This document shows, piece by piece, positions 13,101-25,238 of a stretch of 64,000 bases of DNA (positions are counted from its first letter, which is position 1; every line of letters starts with the position of its first letter). A model generated the notes under the pieces. It saw nothing but the letters and a program-made list of their open reading frames with translations, was not told where the DNA came from and searched no databases. A program made the translations under genes and the position numbers. Origin of the DNA: Tubulanus polymorphus (Eukaryota > Animalia > Nemertea). Location: NCBI RefSeq assembly GCF_964204645.1, contig NC_134026.1, positions 19,006,150 through 19,070,149 on the forward strand, written 5' to 3'.

Positions 13101-16100
13101 CCGATGACTATATGAACGAAATAAACAGCGAACTATCAACCTTCATCGGTCACGTCGAACGGAATAAAATCTCAGTGTGCTTGTTAAGATCATTAAATTA
13201 TCCCTGTCGGAGGGAGTGTTTCCACAATCGTTTAAGTTTGCATTAGTTAAGCCACTACTAAAGAAGCCGACGCTTAATAAGGAGAGGTATGGAAATTATC
13301 GTCCTGTATCAAATCTCTCATACTTATCGAAGCTGTTGGAGCGGATTGTAGCTGCTCGGCTCGCTGAGCACATGCTACATAATGGCTTGTATGACGTTTT
13401 CTAATCTGCGTACCGTTGTGGACATAGCACGGAGACTGTCTTACTTTCAGTCAGTGATAGAATTTCTACTGCAGTGGATGCTGGTGAGGAGGTGCTACTT
13501 GTCCTCCTTGACTTATCGTCCGCGTTCGACACGGTTGATCATAACATTATGATAAATAGGTTATATGAGAGAGGCATTGGTGGTGCAGCTTTGAGATGGT
13601 TCTCATCGTATTTGGAAAGGCGACAGGTTGCTGTTGTTATTGGAAATAGCAGGTCCACTAGTCGAATTCTGCTTTATGGTGTACCGCAGGGATCAGTTCT
13701 AGGTCCTGTTCTCTTCACGATATATACTCTGCCGTTAAGTGATGTGATAAGTGTGCCCTATCACCTATATGCTGACGATAACCAGCCGATGGCGTCAGCT
13801 CGTTGTGGCGATAGGTCGAGTTGCGGTAACACTATATCACAAGTAGAATCGTGCGTTGCGGATGTTAGCAATAAGCCTTTTTACAGTTTCCAGGCGCCAT
13901 TTTTTTGGGTACCCGCCGGGTCCGCATTGTTGAATTTTTTGTCCCTATTTTTTCCCCGTTTAATATTTTTATTTCGTTCATATCTCTGGATTGGATAAAG
14001 ATAGAAACAAAGTGAAAATATTGATTGACTCAGCTGATAATTAGTTTTTTTACTATGTTACTCAATCATAAAGTTAATGCAACAATGCGCGCTGGTGAGG
14101 TTATAAGCATTGATATCGTTTTCCCGATAATTCAACTTGAATTATTGCTCAGCTCATTCAAAAGTTCGTAATTCTTACAAATTTTAATCTACATTTTTGA
14201 AATTTTCAGGATCAATAGCCATCTATATGTGGTCTTATATACTTTTTACCGTTTTCAATTATCTTTATCAATTTTTAAGTAATTGCGAGTCAAACTTCCA
14301 AAACACGTTTTCCCGGGTCCCCTGGGTGCATCTTTATATCAGGAAATTTCACAATTTCACCGTTTCCTACTTTGTTGAAAATCAGTTTATTAAGTAACCA
14401 TGGAAATAAGGGCACCTAGGTTTTTGAAAAATGGTTATTAAAGATATATATTCTCTAGGATTTGTCAAAATAAACAAAATAACCCAGGTGTTGCTTTAAC
14501 CAGCTACCTAGGTTCACAACAGATCATTTTGTCCAACGTGTTTCATTCGATTCCAAAACTGCACGTACGGGTATACGATTGCAAATGTGAAAGTCAGACA
14601 TTATGTGGCACATGTATGAGAACCACAGTCTCAATGCTGCGTCGCATTGACGTCGCAAATTTGCATGGCTACTTACGTGAAGTGGGCTAATACAGACCTT
14701 GTATGATCAAAACTGACTTAGAATTCGTGCCAAATCTCAAAATAACTATCAAACACACGAGATCAATTTTGACAGAAAGTAAACGAATGTTATTTTCCTC
14801 AATATATACTAATATATTCCAAAGTTCCAATCTTTGCAACACAATCGACTAAGCCTAATATATTCAAATTCAATTTGAAACACCTTCCAGCTCGTGTCAC
14901 GATCAGTAATAAAGATCGAACATCGAACGTTCTCAAAAAAGCAAACCCGATCCAACGGTTTGCAAACGTCAAGTTTGACACAACCGTGGCTGCTTCCATT
15001 TGCGTGGAGCTGCTGCTGAAAATTCAAAAATGTAAATCGGGTACCGGTATTTAACTGAAGACCGAGCGCTCGCCATTACACCATGGTATTTCTGATGGTT
15101 AACTTTTGAGCAACTGGCTCCAGAATCACCTGCCAACGGCCATATTTCATTGATGCAATATACTGTGAAACGATATAATATAGACGGGAGATCAATGAAA
15201 CTTAAATGCCTGACACTAAGACTTATTTCGACTTTTTTGACTATCTTAGATGATTGGGAGAGGGGTCCAAAAATAAGGACATTTTCCGTAGATTAAGGCT
15301 GTGAGTAGGGTGCCCCTCGGTGTTGAAACAAATACATCCAAAACAATTTAATTTGCAAGAGGATGAATGTTAGATTTGTAAGTTTTATGCGATCACTGTC
15401 TTGACAAAGATGGTAATCTTAATGGGAAGGAGCAGGGGTCCGGACTACCGACCCTCCAAACCCGTAGTCTGTCCCTGTGTTACTAGAAATATATCTCTAT
15501 TTACCATTTTTTTCAAATAACTAGGTGCCCTTGTTTCCATAGTTACTGAAAATTTTGATTTTAACAATGTAGGACCGGTTAAATTGGCAAATTTCTTGAT
15601 ATAAATATGCACACATGATACTCTAGAAAACGTGTTTTGGAAGTTTGACTCGCAATTACTTAAAAACTAATAAAGATAATTAAAAACGGTGAAAGGTATA
15701 CAAGACCACATATAGATGGCTATTGATCCTGAAAATTTCAAAAATGTAGATTAATATTTGTAAGAATTACGGACTTTTGAATGAGATGAGCAATAATTCA
15801 AGTTGAATTATCGGGAAGACGATATCAATGTTTATAACTTCACCAGCGCACATTGTTGCATTAACTTTATAAATGAGTGATATCATAAAAAAGTTTATTA
15901 TCAGCCGAGTTCATCGATATTTCTACTTTGTTTCTATCTTAATCAAATCCAGAGATATGAACGAAATAAAAAAATTAAACCGGAGAAAAATAGGGACAAA
16001 AAATTCAACAATGCGGACCCGGCGGGTACCCAAAAAAATGGCGCCTGGAAACTGTAAAAAGGCTTATTGGTTGTTTGATAACAGATTAGCTTTGAATGCC

Positions 16101-19100
16101 CCCAAGACGGGCATGATAAATATTGTTTCGTCACGTCGAACTGGTACAATACCTGGTATTAATGTCGGTGATTCGTTTATCGAGGCTTCAGATTCCGTTC
16201 GTGATCTGGGTGTTATTCTAGATAGAAGCATGAACATGCAGTGCCACCACATTCAATCGATTTGTAGGAAAGCTTATGCCAAGCTAAAAGGCATAAGTCG
16301 GATTAGCCGTTTCCTTGATCGTCCGAGTCTCGAGCGCCTTATCCATCCGTTTGTTACTTCTATCATAGACTGTAACAACAGTTTACTTTATGGATTACCG
16401 CAAAAGTCAATCGCACCACTTCAACGTGTGCAGAATTCAGCGGCGCGTGTCATTCTCCGAAAACGCGAATACGATCACGTTACGCCACTACTAGTCGAGT
16501 TGCACTGGCTACCAGTTGCTGCTCGCATTAAATATAAAGTGTTGCTAACCGTGTTCAAATGTGTCTATAGTTTAGCACCGGCATATTTGTGTGATCTGAT
16601 TAAGAGACCCGACTCTGGACGTGTCACGAGATCTACCTTATCAACCCTGTCTGTGAGACGTACCAAAACGCAATTTGGAGATCGTAGTTTTTCTGTTGCA
16701 GGGCCCAAACTCTGGAACTCAATGCCAGCATATTTACGAAACATTAACTCACTCACGCAATTTAAATCAGCAGTCAAGTCCTGGCTTTTTCAGTGACCAC
16801 CTCAGTCGGAGAACTAGCGCTTTGAACTTTTTATGGAAAGGCGCTATAGAAAAACTGATTATTATTATTATTATTTATTATTATAAAATCGAACCGTCAA
16901 CGCTTATGAAATCCGAGCAACAAAAAAAAAGCGAAAAGACCGATCCAGTTGCCGAAGTTATCTTTGCGAACATTCGATGGCGATATTCTGAAATGGCAAA
17001 CGTTCTTCGATGGATTTTTCTCGGCAGTTGATAGTGATGAGAACTTAACGAATATTTATATACTCATATGGGCAAAGATCTCCTCCTCAACAACATTCCG
17101 GGATCATCTGATGAATACAACGACTTGCCCGTTTTTGAGACTCCGAGATCCAAACGGACGACAAGGTCACTATCAGACGCCCCAAGTTCTGCCCAGAAGC
17201 CGAGTGAAAAGAAAACTAAAAATTGAATCTCAATCTATCGTAATTGTTAATTCAATTCATTGTTAACTAACTACAAATCAATGCCTAATTTAATAGATGA
17301 ATTTATAACGGATGATAATCCGTGCAAATACTACGATGTAGAAACTTTCAACTTTCTTTTAAACTGCTCGTCTCCCTTAAGTCTAGTACACATTAACTGT
17401 AGAAGCTTAACAGCTTATTTCGATAAAATCTCATATTTACTAGATTCCCTGAATTCATATCCTACGATAATAGCGATTTCTGAGACTTAGGACGAAAACT
17501 GAAAATGATAATGACACCTTGTACAACCACCATACGTATAATGATGTATTTTTAAGCAGCATTTTTAAGCGTATTTTTAAGGTGTCGGTTTTTATATTAA
17601 AAAAGATGTAAATTTCAAATTACGATCGGATCTAATCTCCGATGATACGCATGTATTAGAATGTTTATTTATCGAATTATCCTGTAAGAATAAGAATATT
17701 ATACTGGGTACGATATATAGACCCCCAGGGACAAAGATTGATAATTTTGATACCGAATTTGAGAGACTCCAACTTACTGAAAAGAGCAAAACCGAGTGCT
17801 ATTTACTAAGAGATTGTAACATAAATCTATTAAAGAGTGATCAATGCCACCAAATCTCAAAATTTCTAAACGGAGTCATATCTACAGGATTTAAACCACT
17901 CATCCATGTACCTACTAGAATAACTGACTATACAGCTACTCTGATTGACAATATTTACACAAATCCTATCTCCAACAATAACACTTAAGGGGTGATCATT
18001 TCAGATATCTCTGACCATCTACCTATCTTTACACTAATACCAACTAAAATAACAATACAAAATATGAAATAACTAATCGTTCGATAAACGAAAATAATAT
18101 GGCGAAACCGCTTATAACGTATTCCTTGACATTTTCATCGGATTATTTGAATCTAGTTTTCCACTAAAAAATTCACAGTCAACAGTAGTAAACACCATAA
18201 TCCCTGGCTTACGGTCGGTCTCTTAAAGTCAATTTCTACTAAACAAAGATTATATAAGATATTCTTAAAAAGCAAATCCGACAGGGATAAGAATAAATAT
18301 CTAAATAACAAAAATAAACTCAATAATATACTTAAAACGGCGGAGAAAAACTACTACCAGCAAAATCTCTTGAAACAGAAGAACAATTGTAAAACACTTG
18401 GAAAATCATAAATAATATCATTGGTTCCAAGGGAAAATCTACAATAATTACGGAACTAAAAACCAATTCTAGATCTATAATCAATGAACAAGATATCGCC
18501 AACGAATTCAATAATTATTTTGTTAACGTCGGTCCAAAACTTGCTAACAGCATCAACAGCAACGAAGATTTTCGACACTTTTTACCTAATCAAAACCCAT
18601 CAAACGTTTATCTATTTCCAGTAGTCGAGACAGTAGTCGAAATTATTGAATATTTAGTACGAACACTCAAAAGCTCAAACATTGCTGGCACCGATGGTAT
18701 ACCCATGAAAATTATCGTCCTATCTCAATTCTTCCCTCTATTTCCAAAATTCTAGAAAAACTCATGCATAATCGACTATCGAACTGCTGTATTAAACATG
18801 CGATTCTCTGCGACAAACAATTTGGCTTTCGAAAAAAATATTCTACAGATTTAGCATTGATAACATTACTAGACAAAATCACTAAAAACCTGGAAGATGG
18901 AAAAATTACAGCACTTATTCTACTTGACCTTAAAAAGGCCTTTGATACAATAGATCATTCGATTTTATTGTTTAAATTAAATCATTATGGGATTAGAGGT
19001 ATCACAAATGCATGGTTTAGGAGTTATCTAACAGATAGATATCAACTAACTTACATTAACTCAGCATTATCGGATTTTAAAGTCATTAAAACGGGAATAC

Positions 19101-20919
19101 CACAAGGATCAATTCCAGGGCAACTTTTATTTTTATATCGCAGAATCATCGAAAATCCTAAACTCCATCCTTTTTGCAGACGACACAAGTTTAATGCACT
19201 ATGAATTAAAATTAGTAAGCAAGAGTGGCTCTCCGCAAATAAACTATCTCTGAATATCAATAAGACCAACCTTTTATTATTCTCGGGAAGAATTAAAATA
19301 ACGAAGACCATTAAACTAGACATTGATGATGAAGAAATGAAAAAGGTGACAGCTGCCAAATTTGTAGGCGTTATAATTGACGACAATATCACATGGGAAC
19401 ACCACATACATCAAGTTGAAATTAGATTTCGAAGAATACTTTTTATCATTAGCAAACTAAAACATAAACTTCCTAATTACACCTTAAAAACAATATATCA
19501 ATCATTAGCATTACCTCACATACAATACTGTAATATCGTCTGGGCTAACAACTACCCCTCCAGACTAAATAATCTCTATACCCTACAGAAAAAAAGCTAT
19601 GCGCATAATAAATAAGAAACATTACCTAGAACATTCAGGACCATTATTCAAATCTACGAAACAACTCACAATATTCGATATCAATAATCAACAAGTTCTA
19701 CACTACATGTTTAAATCTATAAATGACCTACTTCCAAAGCGATACAATAATTTAACTACAAACAAAGTTAAACACAACCACAATACACGTCGATGTAAGG
19801 AATTAGATGTAACTTTCACAAAGCATAATTATAGGCTATTTACAATAATCCACAAAGGCCCAAAACTCTGGAACTCTGTGCAGAAAAATCTGATATTATG
19901 TCATTCTATCTTGTCGTTTGAAAATACTGTAAAAAATTATCTCATTTCCCAATATATTTAGATGAAATGATGTACTTCTAATTGATCAATCTAATATACT
20001 GAATATCCTGGAATTATCATATATCTATGTTGAATGTTTTCGTCTTGTAACTTGTATGTATGAATGGGGCGTGAATGTGAGTGTGTGGGCGACTGGGCCT
20101 CTAAGGTAATAAGTTTATTTTAACTTCACCTGTCGTCCAACGTTCTATTTTACAATATTATGTACTAATTCCAACTACTTTATATTGTAATTTAATTCGT
20201 AAATAAAACATTATTATAAACATTATTATGTTACAGCATGCGTTGCAAATAAGCGGTCCGCGTAGCTCAATTTTTAGTTTTCAAACTTTCAAGTACTTTT
20301 CGTCACTTATTAACCAGTTGAAATCGGGACCGATAGCTTTTTCAAATCATCCTTAAACGCAATCCATACTTTGAATCATTTGAAATTGATTAACAGTTAC
20401 GGTTTTAGTTTTTCAAAAAAGTAAATTTCATTGAATTTTCTAGAATTCGAGATTCGACGTTTTTCAATCAGTGTTTTTCGAATACCGCTAGGCCACCCCT
20501 GGTTTTCACAAGTTTGTTCGCTAGTATAATACTAACATTTTAAATTTCCTATCGCCAGTTACATACAAGTTCATTGAAAATAACGAAATATGAATTTCCA
20601 GTTCAGTGTGAATTACGCAGTGATGTGTACTTAATACAACTTACCTTTGCAATAGATTTCATTTACTTCGTCGCCCTTTCTTTCAGCAACAGTGTTCGAA
20701 TCCAGAGATTTATTGCACTCTTTACACGTAAAACATCCTCTTTTGTGAAAGGACTGAAAAACCAAGGCGTAAGAAATCAATTTGTCGATCAAAATCGCCG
20801 CTTCAGCAGTATTTCAAGATGCGAAAAATATTTACCCCTCCAGCTGCTATGATTTCCTCATTTGAATATACCGATTTACAGCATCGGACGCATTTCTTTC
20901 CACCACCGAACTGAGGCAT
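10130..20919 (-). CDS. Single-LIM-domain cysteine- and glycine-rich protein (CRP / muscle LIM protein, Mlp60A-like), copy A, 90 aa
   Basis: Exons 20919-20836, 20753-20645, 10209-10130 (GT-AG, 273 nt): [90 protein letters not shown]. It has the LIM zinc ligands plus the CRP glycine-rich [13 protein letters not shown] tail. AATAAA at ~10089-10094 (-). Confidence 0.9.
10320..10475. repeat. Dispersed tandem-unit repeat (tttctgattgccgattgtcgactcgagaaatggtcgacaatcagg)
   Basis: About 3 units here. The same units and the flanking cagatctacttttacctgttctggagttg recur at ~35095-35290. Confidence 0.65.
11835..11888. repeat. (TATG)n microsatellite
   Basis: Directly visible. Confidence 0.95.
13172..16882 (+). 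mobile_element. 5'-truncated L2/CR1-group LINE (RT only) inserted in the BEL gag
   Basis: RT motifs YRPVSNL, LDLSSAFDTVDH, GVPQGSVLGP, YADD, LHWLP, FGDRSFSVAGPKLWN. (ATT)n tail at ~16858-16882. An 8-bp TSD ATAAAATC lies at 13164-13171 and 16883-16890. Internal stop at 13402-13404. Confidence 0.9.
13873..16065. mobile_element. Non-autonomous DNA transposon (~2.2 kb) with ~590-bp imperfect TIRs, inserted in the LINE RT
   Basis: aagcctttttacagtttccaggcgcc... is mirrored by ...ggcgcctggaaactgtaaaaaggctt, and homology extends to ~14460/15480. Removing the element and one copy of AT restores the RT frame (D-V-S-N-W-L-F-D-N-R-L). Confidence 0.88.
17057..20228 (+). mobile_element. Degenerate CR1-group LINE (APE endonuclease + RT)
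   Basis: Fragments HINCRSL, IAISET, IYRPP, SDHLP, QFGFRKKYST, DLKKAFDTIDH, GIPQGS, GPKLWN, with many stops and frameshifts. 3' end AATAAA plus cattattat repeats. Confidence 0.88.
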
Positions 20920-23900
20920 TGCTGCTAGTTGAATGGGAAAATTTCGAACTTGTAAACTCTGATGGATAGCAGTTCGATAAGCGGTCACGTAATGGTAAGT
21001 GGCCTGTAGCAAAATCCGTATATTCTATTTAAAGGCCGAGGAGTATGGATGCTAGTTAACCGTTAACCAGGTGGTAAATACTAGAGCTCGGCTGTCCGCT
21101 ACGGTATCTCGTTTGTAATGTTTATAGTGAGTAATATCCGAGTGAATAAGATACCACTTTTCTGACGATTTCTCAAAGATTATCATCGATCATTTTGATT
21201 GGAAGTTCTAGTCAGCTGTTAAGGGCGAAAAGCTCGAAAAGCTCGAGGTAGAATAAGGAAGGTCCTAGCAAAAGTAATATCAATACAGTAACAACTTATG
21301 AAAGTAAGCTATCGGTTCATTTCTTCACGTTGATTACTAATCATTGATGGGAACAGAATAACCTCAATTACAAAAACAAGTTTCTGGCGAATTTAATCTC
21401 GTAATGGCGACGCTGTCTGCTTGAAAGACGATGACACTTTCGACTGTTATATATGATCTTCTGACAGTTTTCAAAAGCTTTCCAGCCGTTCTTAATTGCT
21501 TCTCCATCACGAGTGCGCGCTGCAGTACCGACGGTCATTATTTCTTAACGAATCGGATTTTCATCTAGTATTGACTAGCCTTAATTGAGGAAGTCCAAAT
21601 CCACGAGTTAGCTTTGATGTTCCCAGTACCATGATGTCCACTACAACTGGTTCGCGAGACGACTAGTACATATCAAAAGTCATTTTGAGATCTTAGGCAA
21701 AAGTGCTGATGCTTCCATTAAAAGGATAATAATTGACAACAACAGATAAAACAGAGAATTCCTATGTTCTTCGAGAGCGAAACAACGATTTCACGTAATA
21801 GAATATACTGTTTACAGATGAATTCATTACTTGGAAGATATCATTCAAATATTATCCAAGTAACGGACCATGGAAAATATATTCTTAGAACGTTGAATAA
21901 CATATCGGGAGTAACCGTCACCATGAATATGGTGGATGCGACAAATACCATTCTTTGCGCCGTTCCATCTTGTTAATTTTGTTTAGTGTCCGCACCAGTC
22001 AATTGTTTCGTATTCTTAGCGTGAATTCGTAATTTGATCAACACGATCAAATTAAGAGTTGGTACAAGAGCAAATGGCAAATATTTCGAGAAAATAGTTT
22101 CTAACAAATATGAATATTAAGTGAGGATCATAAACGGATTTCGTAACAACCGTATCAACATGTCTTTTTGACGTACGGTTTTGCGCGCGATATGAAGATA
22201 CCCCGCACCATATCATAAGTATTAAATTTGCTGAAAATGAATAGTGTAATGATGCACGGTGTCATTGCACAATACAAGAACTAGTAAAACTCCGGAATCA
22301 AGAACAAAAACGAGATATGTAGATAGTCCTTGGTATACGCACAAGAAGATTATTGTACCAAATTATGAATCGTTCGTCACACTCGTGAAAATTCCAATAC
22401 TTAGATAGTCATATCGATTTCAACAATTTTGCGTCGAATATAATTCTTAACTAATAGCCGATATCGTGCAAACTGTGAGCTAAGGTTTCACCTTAACCGA
22501 GCAAAAAATGAAGTCAAAAAATCTCCCTCCCAGTCGGTGCCTGGGGTTTTATACCCATCAGCACTCGACTGGTCATATGACTACAATTCCAAATTTGATT
22601 TGGTTACTTTGAAAATGATATCATAGTTTTGCAAGATGCCTGACAACCTCTCGCAATCGAGGTCCTGCGGTTGCTGGTATAAACAGAGGGGTCACCTCAA
22701 AATGGACAACACCAGCTCATAAACTAAATATTGATTTTCTTTGTTTTATTTTAATTTCCCTACTCACGGACTACCTGTTGCCGTATAATGATATAATGGT
22801 TTGGTCGAAACAATGGCCACGAACTGAATGTCCACTTCTATAAATCAATTTATCTAATGGAATTCATTCTACATGTTTATGCCTGACCGAACCGCAAGCT
22901 AAATTCTAAGGATTTAAAGTTAGAAGAACATCTCATTCTGCCGTCAATTGTTTACTAATGCCAAATTAATAACTCGTCGTGCAGCCTTAGATATCAAATG
23001 TCTTAAAACATTTCAACTTTACCAACTGTCAGATTTTTGATCATGAAGATAGCAATGTTTCATTTTCCAAAGTTGAAATTCCCAATCGAACGTCACCAAT
23101 AAGGTAAGTCCGTTGTAAATAGGAGAAGCCTATTCTGAGATCATATTACCGGCTATGTAAAGCCCAGAGGCTCCCAAACCCGCATCTACGAACAGTCCAG
23201 TCTTTCCCTAGCGAATGAGTTTTGAAACCAAAACTAAATGATTATATACAATGAAAGCGATGCAACAGGTTATTATAAAACAGCTAGTAACTGTACAATA
23301 ACCACACTCAAACGTGGTGAACGAATAATAAGATAAAAACCCACTATTTGCAGAATTTCAAATTCGAGAATTTATTTATTCAAAAAATCTAAAATGCAAA
23401 ATTCACGATCTCACCCCACCACCGCTGTGTTGACCATTGGTGCGAGACTAAAAAATTAGGGTTAGAATGATTCCAAGTTTCGGTCAAGCCAACTGTCAAA
23501 AATTTACACATATTTCAAATTTTACTGATTTATAATGTCTTGGCGAGGAAGAACACTTTCTAGTGAACTCATTATTCTTTTTTTAATCTACAGACAGAGG
23601 AAGCATGTAATAAATTTACGTGATCGAATGCGTGATCTCAGTAGTCCATCTTGAACCGGTCCAGGTCTATATCAATTTTCTTCGATGTTCTCTGAAACAT
23701 GTCTCATATTGTTATTTCATTTGATTTCAAATATTCAAATTATTTTACAAACAACACTTCTGCGATAAGCATACCCATAGAAATCAGTTATATACGCGTA
23801 TTTGCATTTCAAAATCTACAGTAAACGCCGTAGGCATCGTATTTCATAGACGATCATTCTTGAACTATCGTGAACTATCATACATCTCCGTAACTAATGA

Positions 23901-25238
23901 AATTATTCTAGTCGTGCAGAAATCAAGACGCGTGGACATTTTGATGCTGATCGTTGTATGATTCCCCGTCGCACATTTTCAAAGCACCACATGCCATTAT
24001 TGTCGGCGATAAAATCAAAATCAAACACCCTGTTTCGCTCCCGGTAGGTGTGGTGGGTTTGTAAGAGACAACAATCAAGTCAAATCAAACGAAATCTACT
24101 AATTAAATTAATGGTAGGGTCAATCCCTACTTTAAGATAAAAAAGCAACGATGATAGATATAGAATTTAACCATTATAATGAAGATTTATTTCAATGAAA
24201 TAAATAAATGAATAGATTTTTTCACAAACCATCGATGCCAATGTCTCTCCATTTTGCCCCGATTATAATCAATCGCGTCAGAACAAATCTTATGACGGTT
24301 AAAAAAACATATCGTAAGATAGTTTATTTGAAATGTTCTGCATGTAAACGTAAGAAACAACGAGTTTTTTTTATTATGATAAAACTACAGACTACCAACT
24401 AAAGATATCATTGTTAGTCTTAAATAAAATCTCGACCGCAATGGAACGCCTATGAGCTTCGTTTGTAAGAGATTTTGTTAATGAGATATTTTGGAATCCA
24501 ATTTCCGCAAGCACACTGCATTGCATTGCGACTGAGACATTTTCAATGATTTGTAGTGACACCCGTTTTCTTCCTCGGCGGTTTTCCGGCAAGCAGATCC
24601 GCACTCCAAGTAGTTCCAAAAAGGTTTGACCGTTTACTTTCCAAACATCTATTTTCACACACATGTTTATTCAGTCGTTATCGTGCAATGGAAAATAGTT
24701 CCGTTGAATTTCATAAGCAAAAGAGAAGTTTTATAAGCAAAAAAAAATACAGTGAGTTGTGACAACACTGTAATGACGCTGTACGCTAATCTTTGACGGT
24801 GATAAATATTTCTGTTTAAGTAGTTAAGTAGAAATTCATGCATTAATTAAAACTATCTGTTGTTTGATTTATGCTTCACTTTTTTTGACGGATTTGGGCC
24901 AAACTTTGAAAATGATGTTGCTGTGTTTTCCCATATAGGTAATTACTATACAGATGCCATACAAGCTTCCAGAAGGAATTCCTAGTACGATCTGAAAGAT
25001 CTCCAATTCTCTTGATTGTAATTCAAGTGTATAAATTGATAAATATAGGATTGTTATATAACAGATTATGATTTGATTTCATATGTTCCAGTGCAATGGC
25101 CCTGTCAAGTCTTGTCAATCCTCATGCGTTTAAACCAAAAATATTAAACAGAATTCACTCAATGAATTTAAATGACTACATTAATTCAAACATTTATTCA
25201 AACTACTAATGGCATCGCTACGTCTAGTACGAGTACGT

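Larger units (their letters stand above)
12615..17056 (+). mobile_element. Truncated BEL/Pao LTR retrotransposon (5' LTR, PBS, gag start), interrupted by a LINE
   Basis: The putative LTR ends in ...CA at 12824, followed by the PBS TGGTGCCGTGACAAGGAT (tRNA-His type). gag starts at 12878 (helical MPSKEEIMR...) and resumes after the LINE at ~16891 with LPKLSLRTFDGDILKWQTFFDGF (DUF1759-type Pao gag motif). LTR start is approximate. Confidence 0.8.

Noticed and set aside
15873-16796. 307-aa ORF as an independent gene
   Set aside because: Chimera of DNA-transposon TIR sequence and the 3' half of the interrupted LINE RT.
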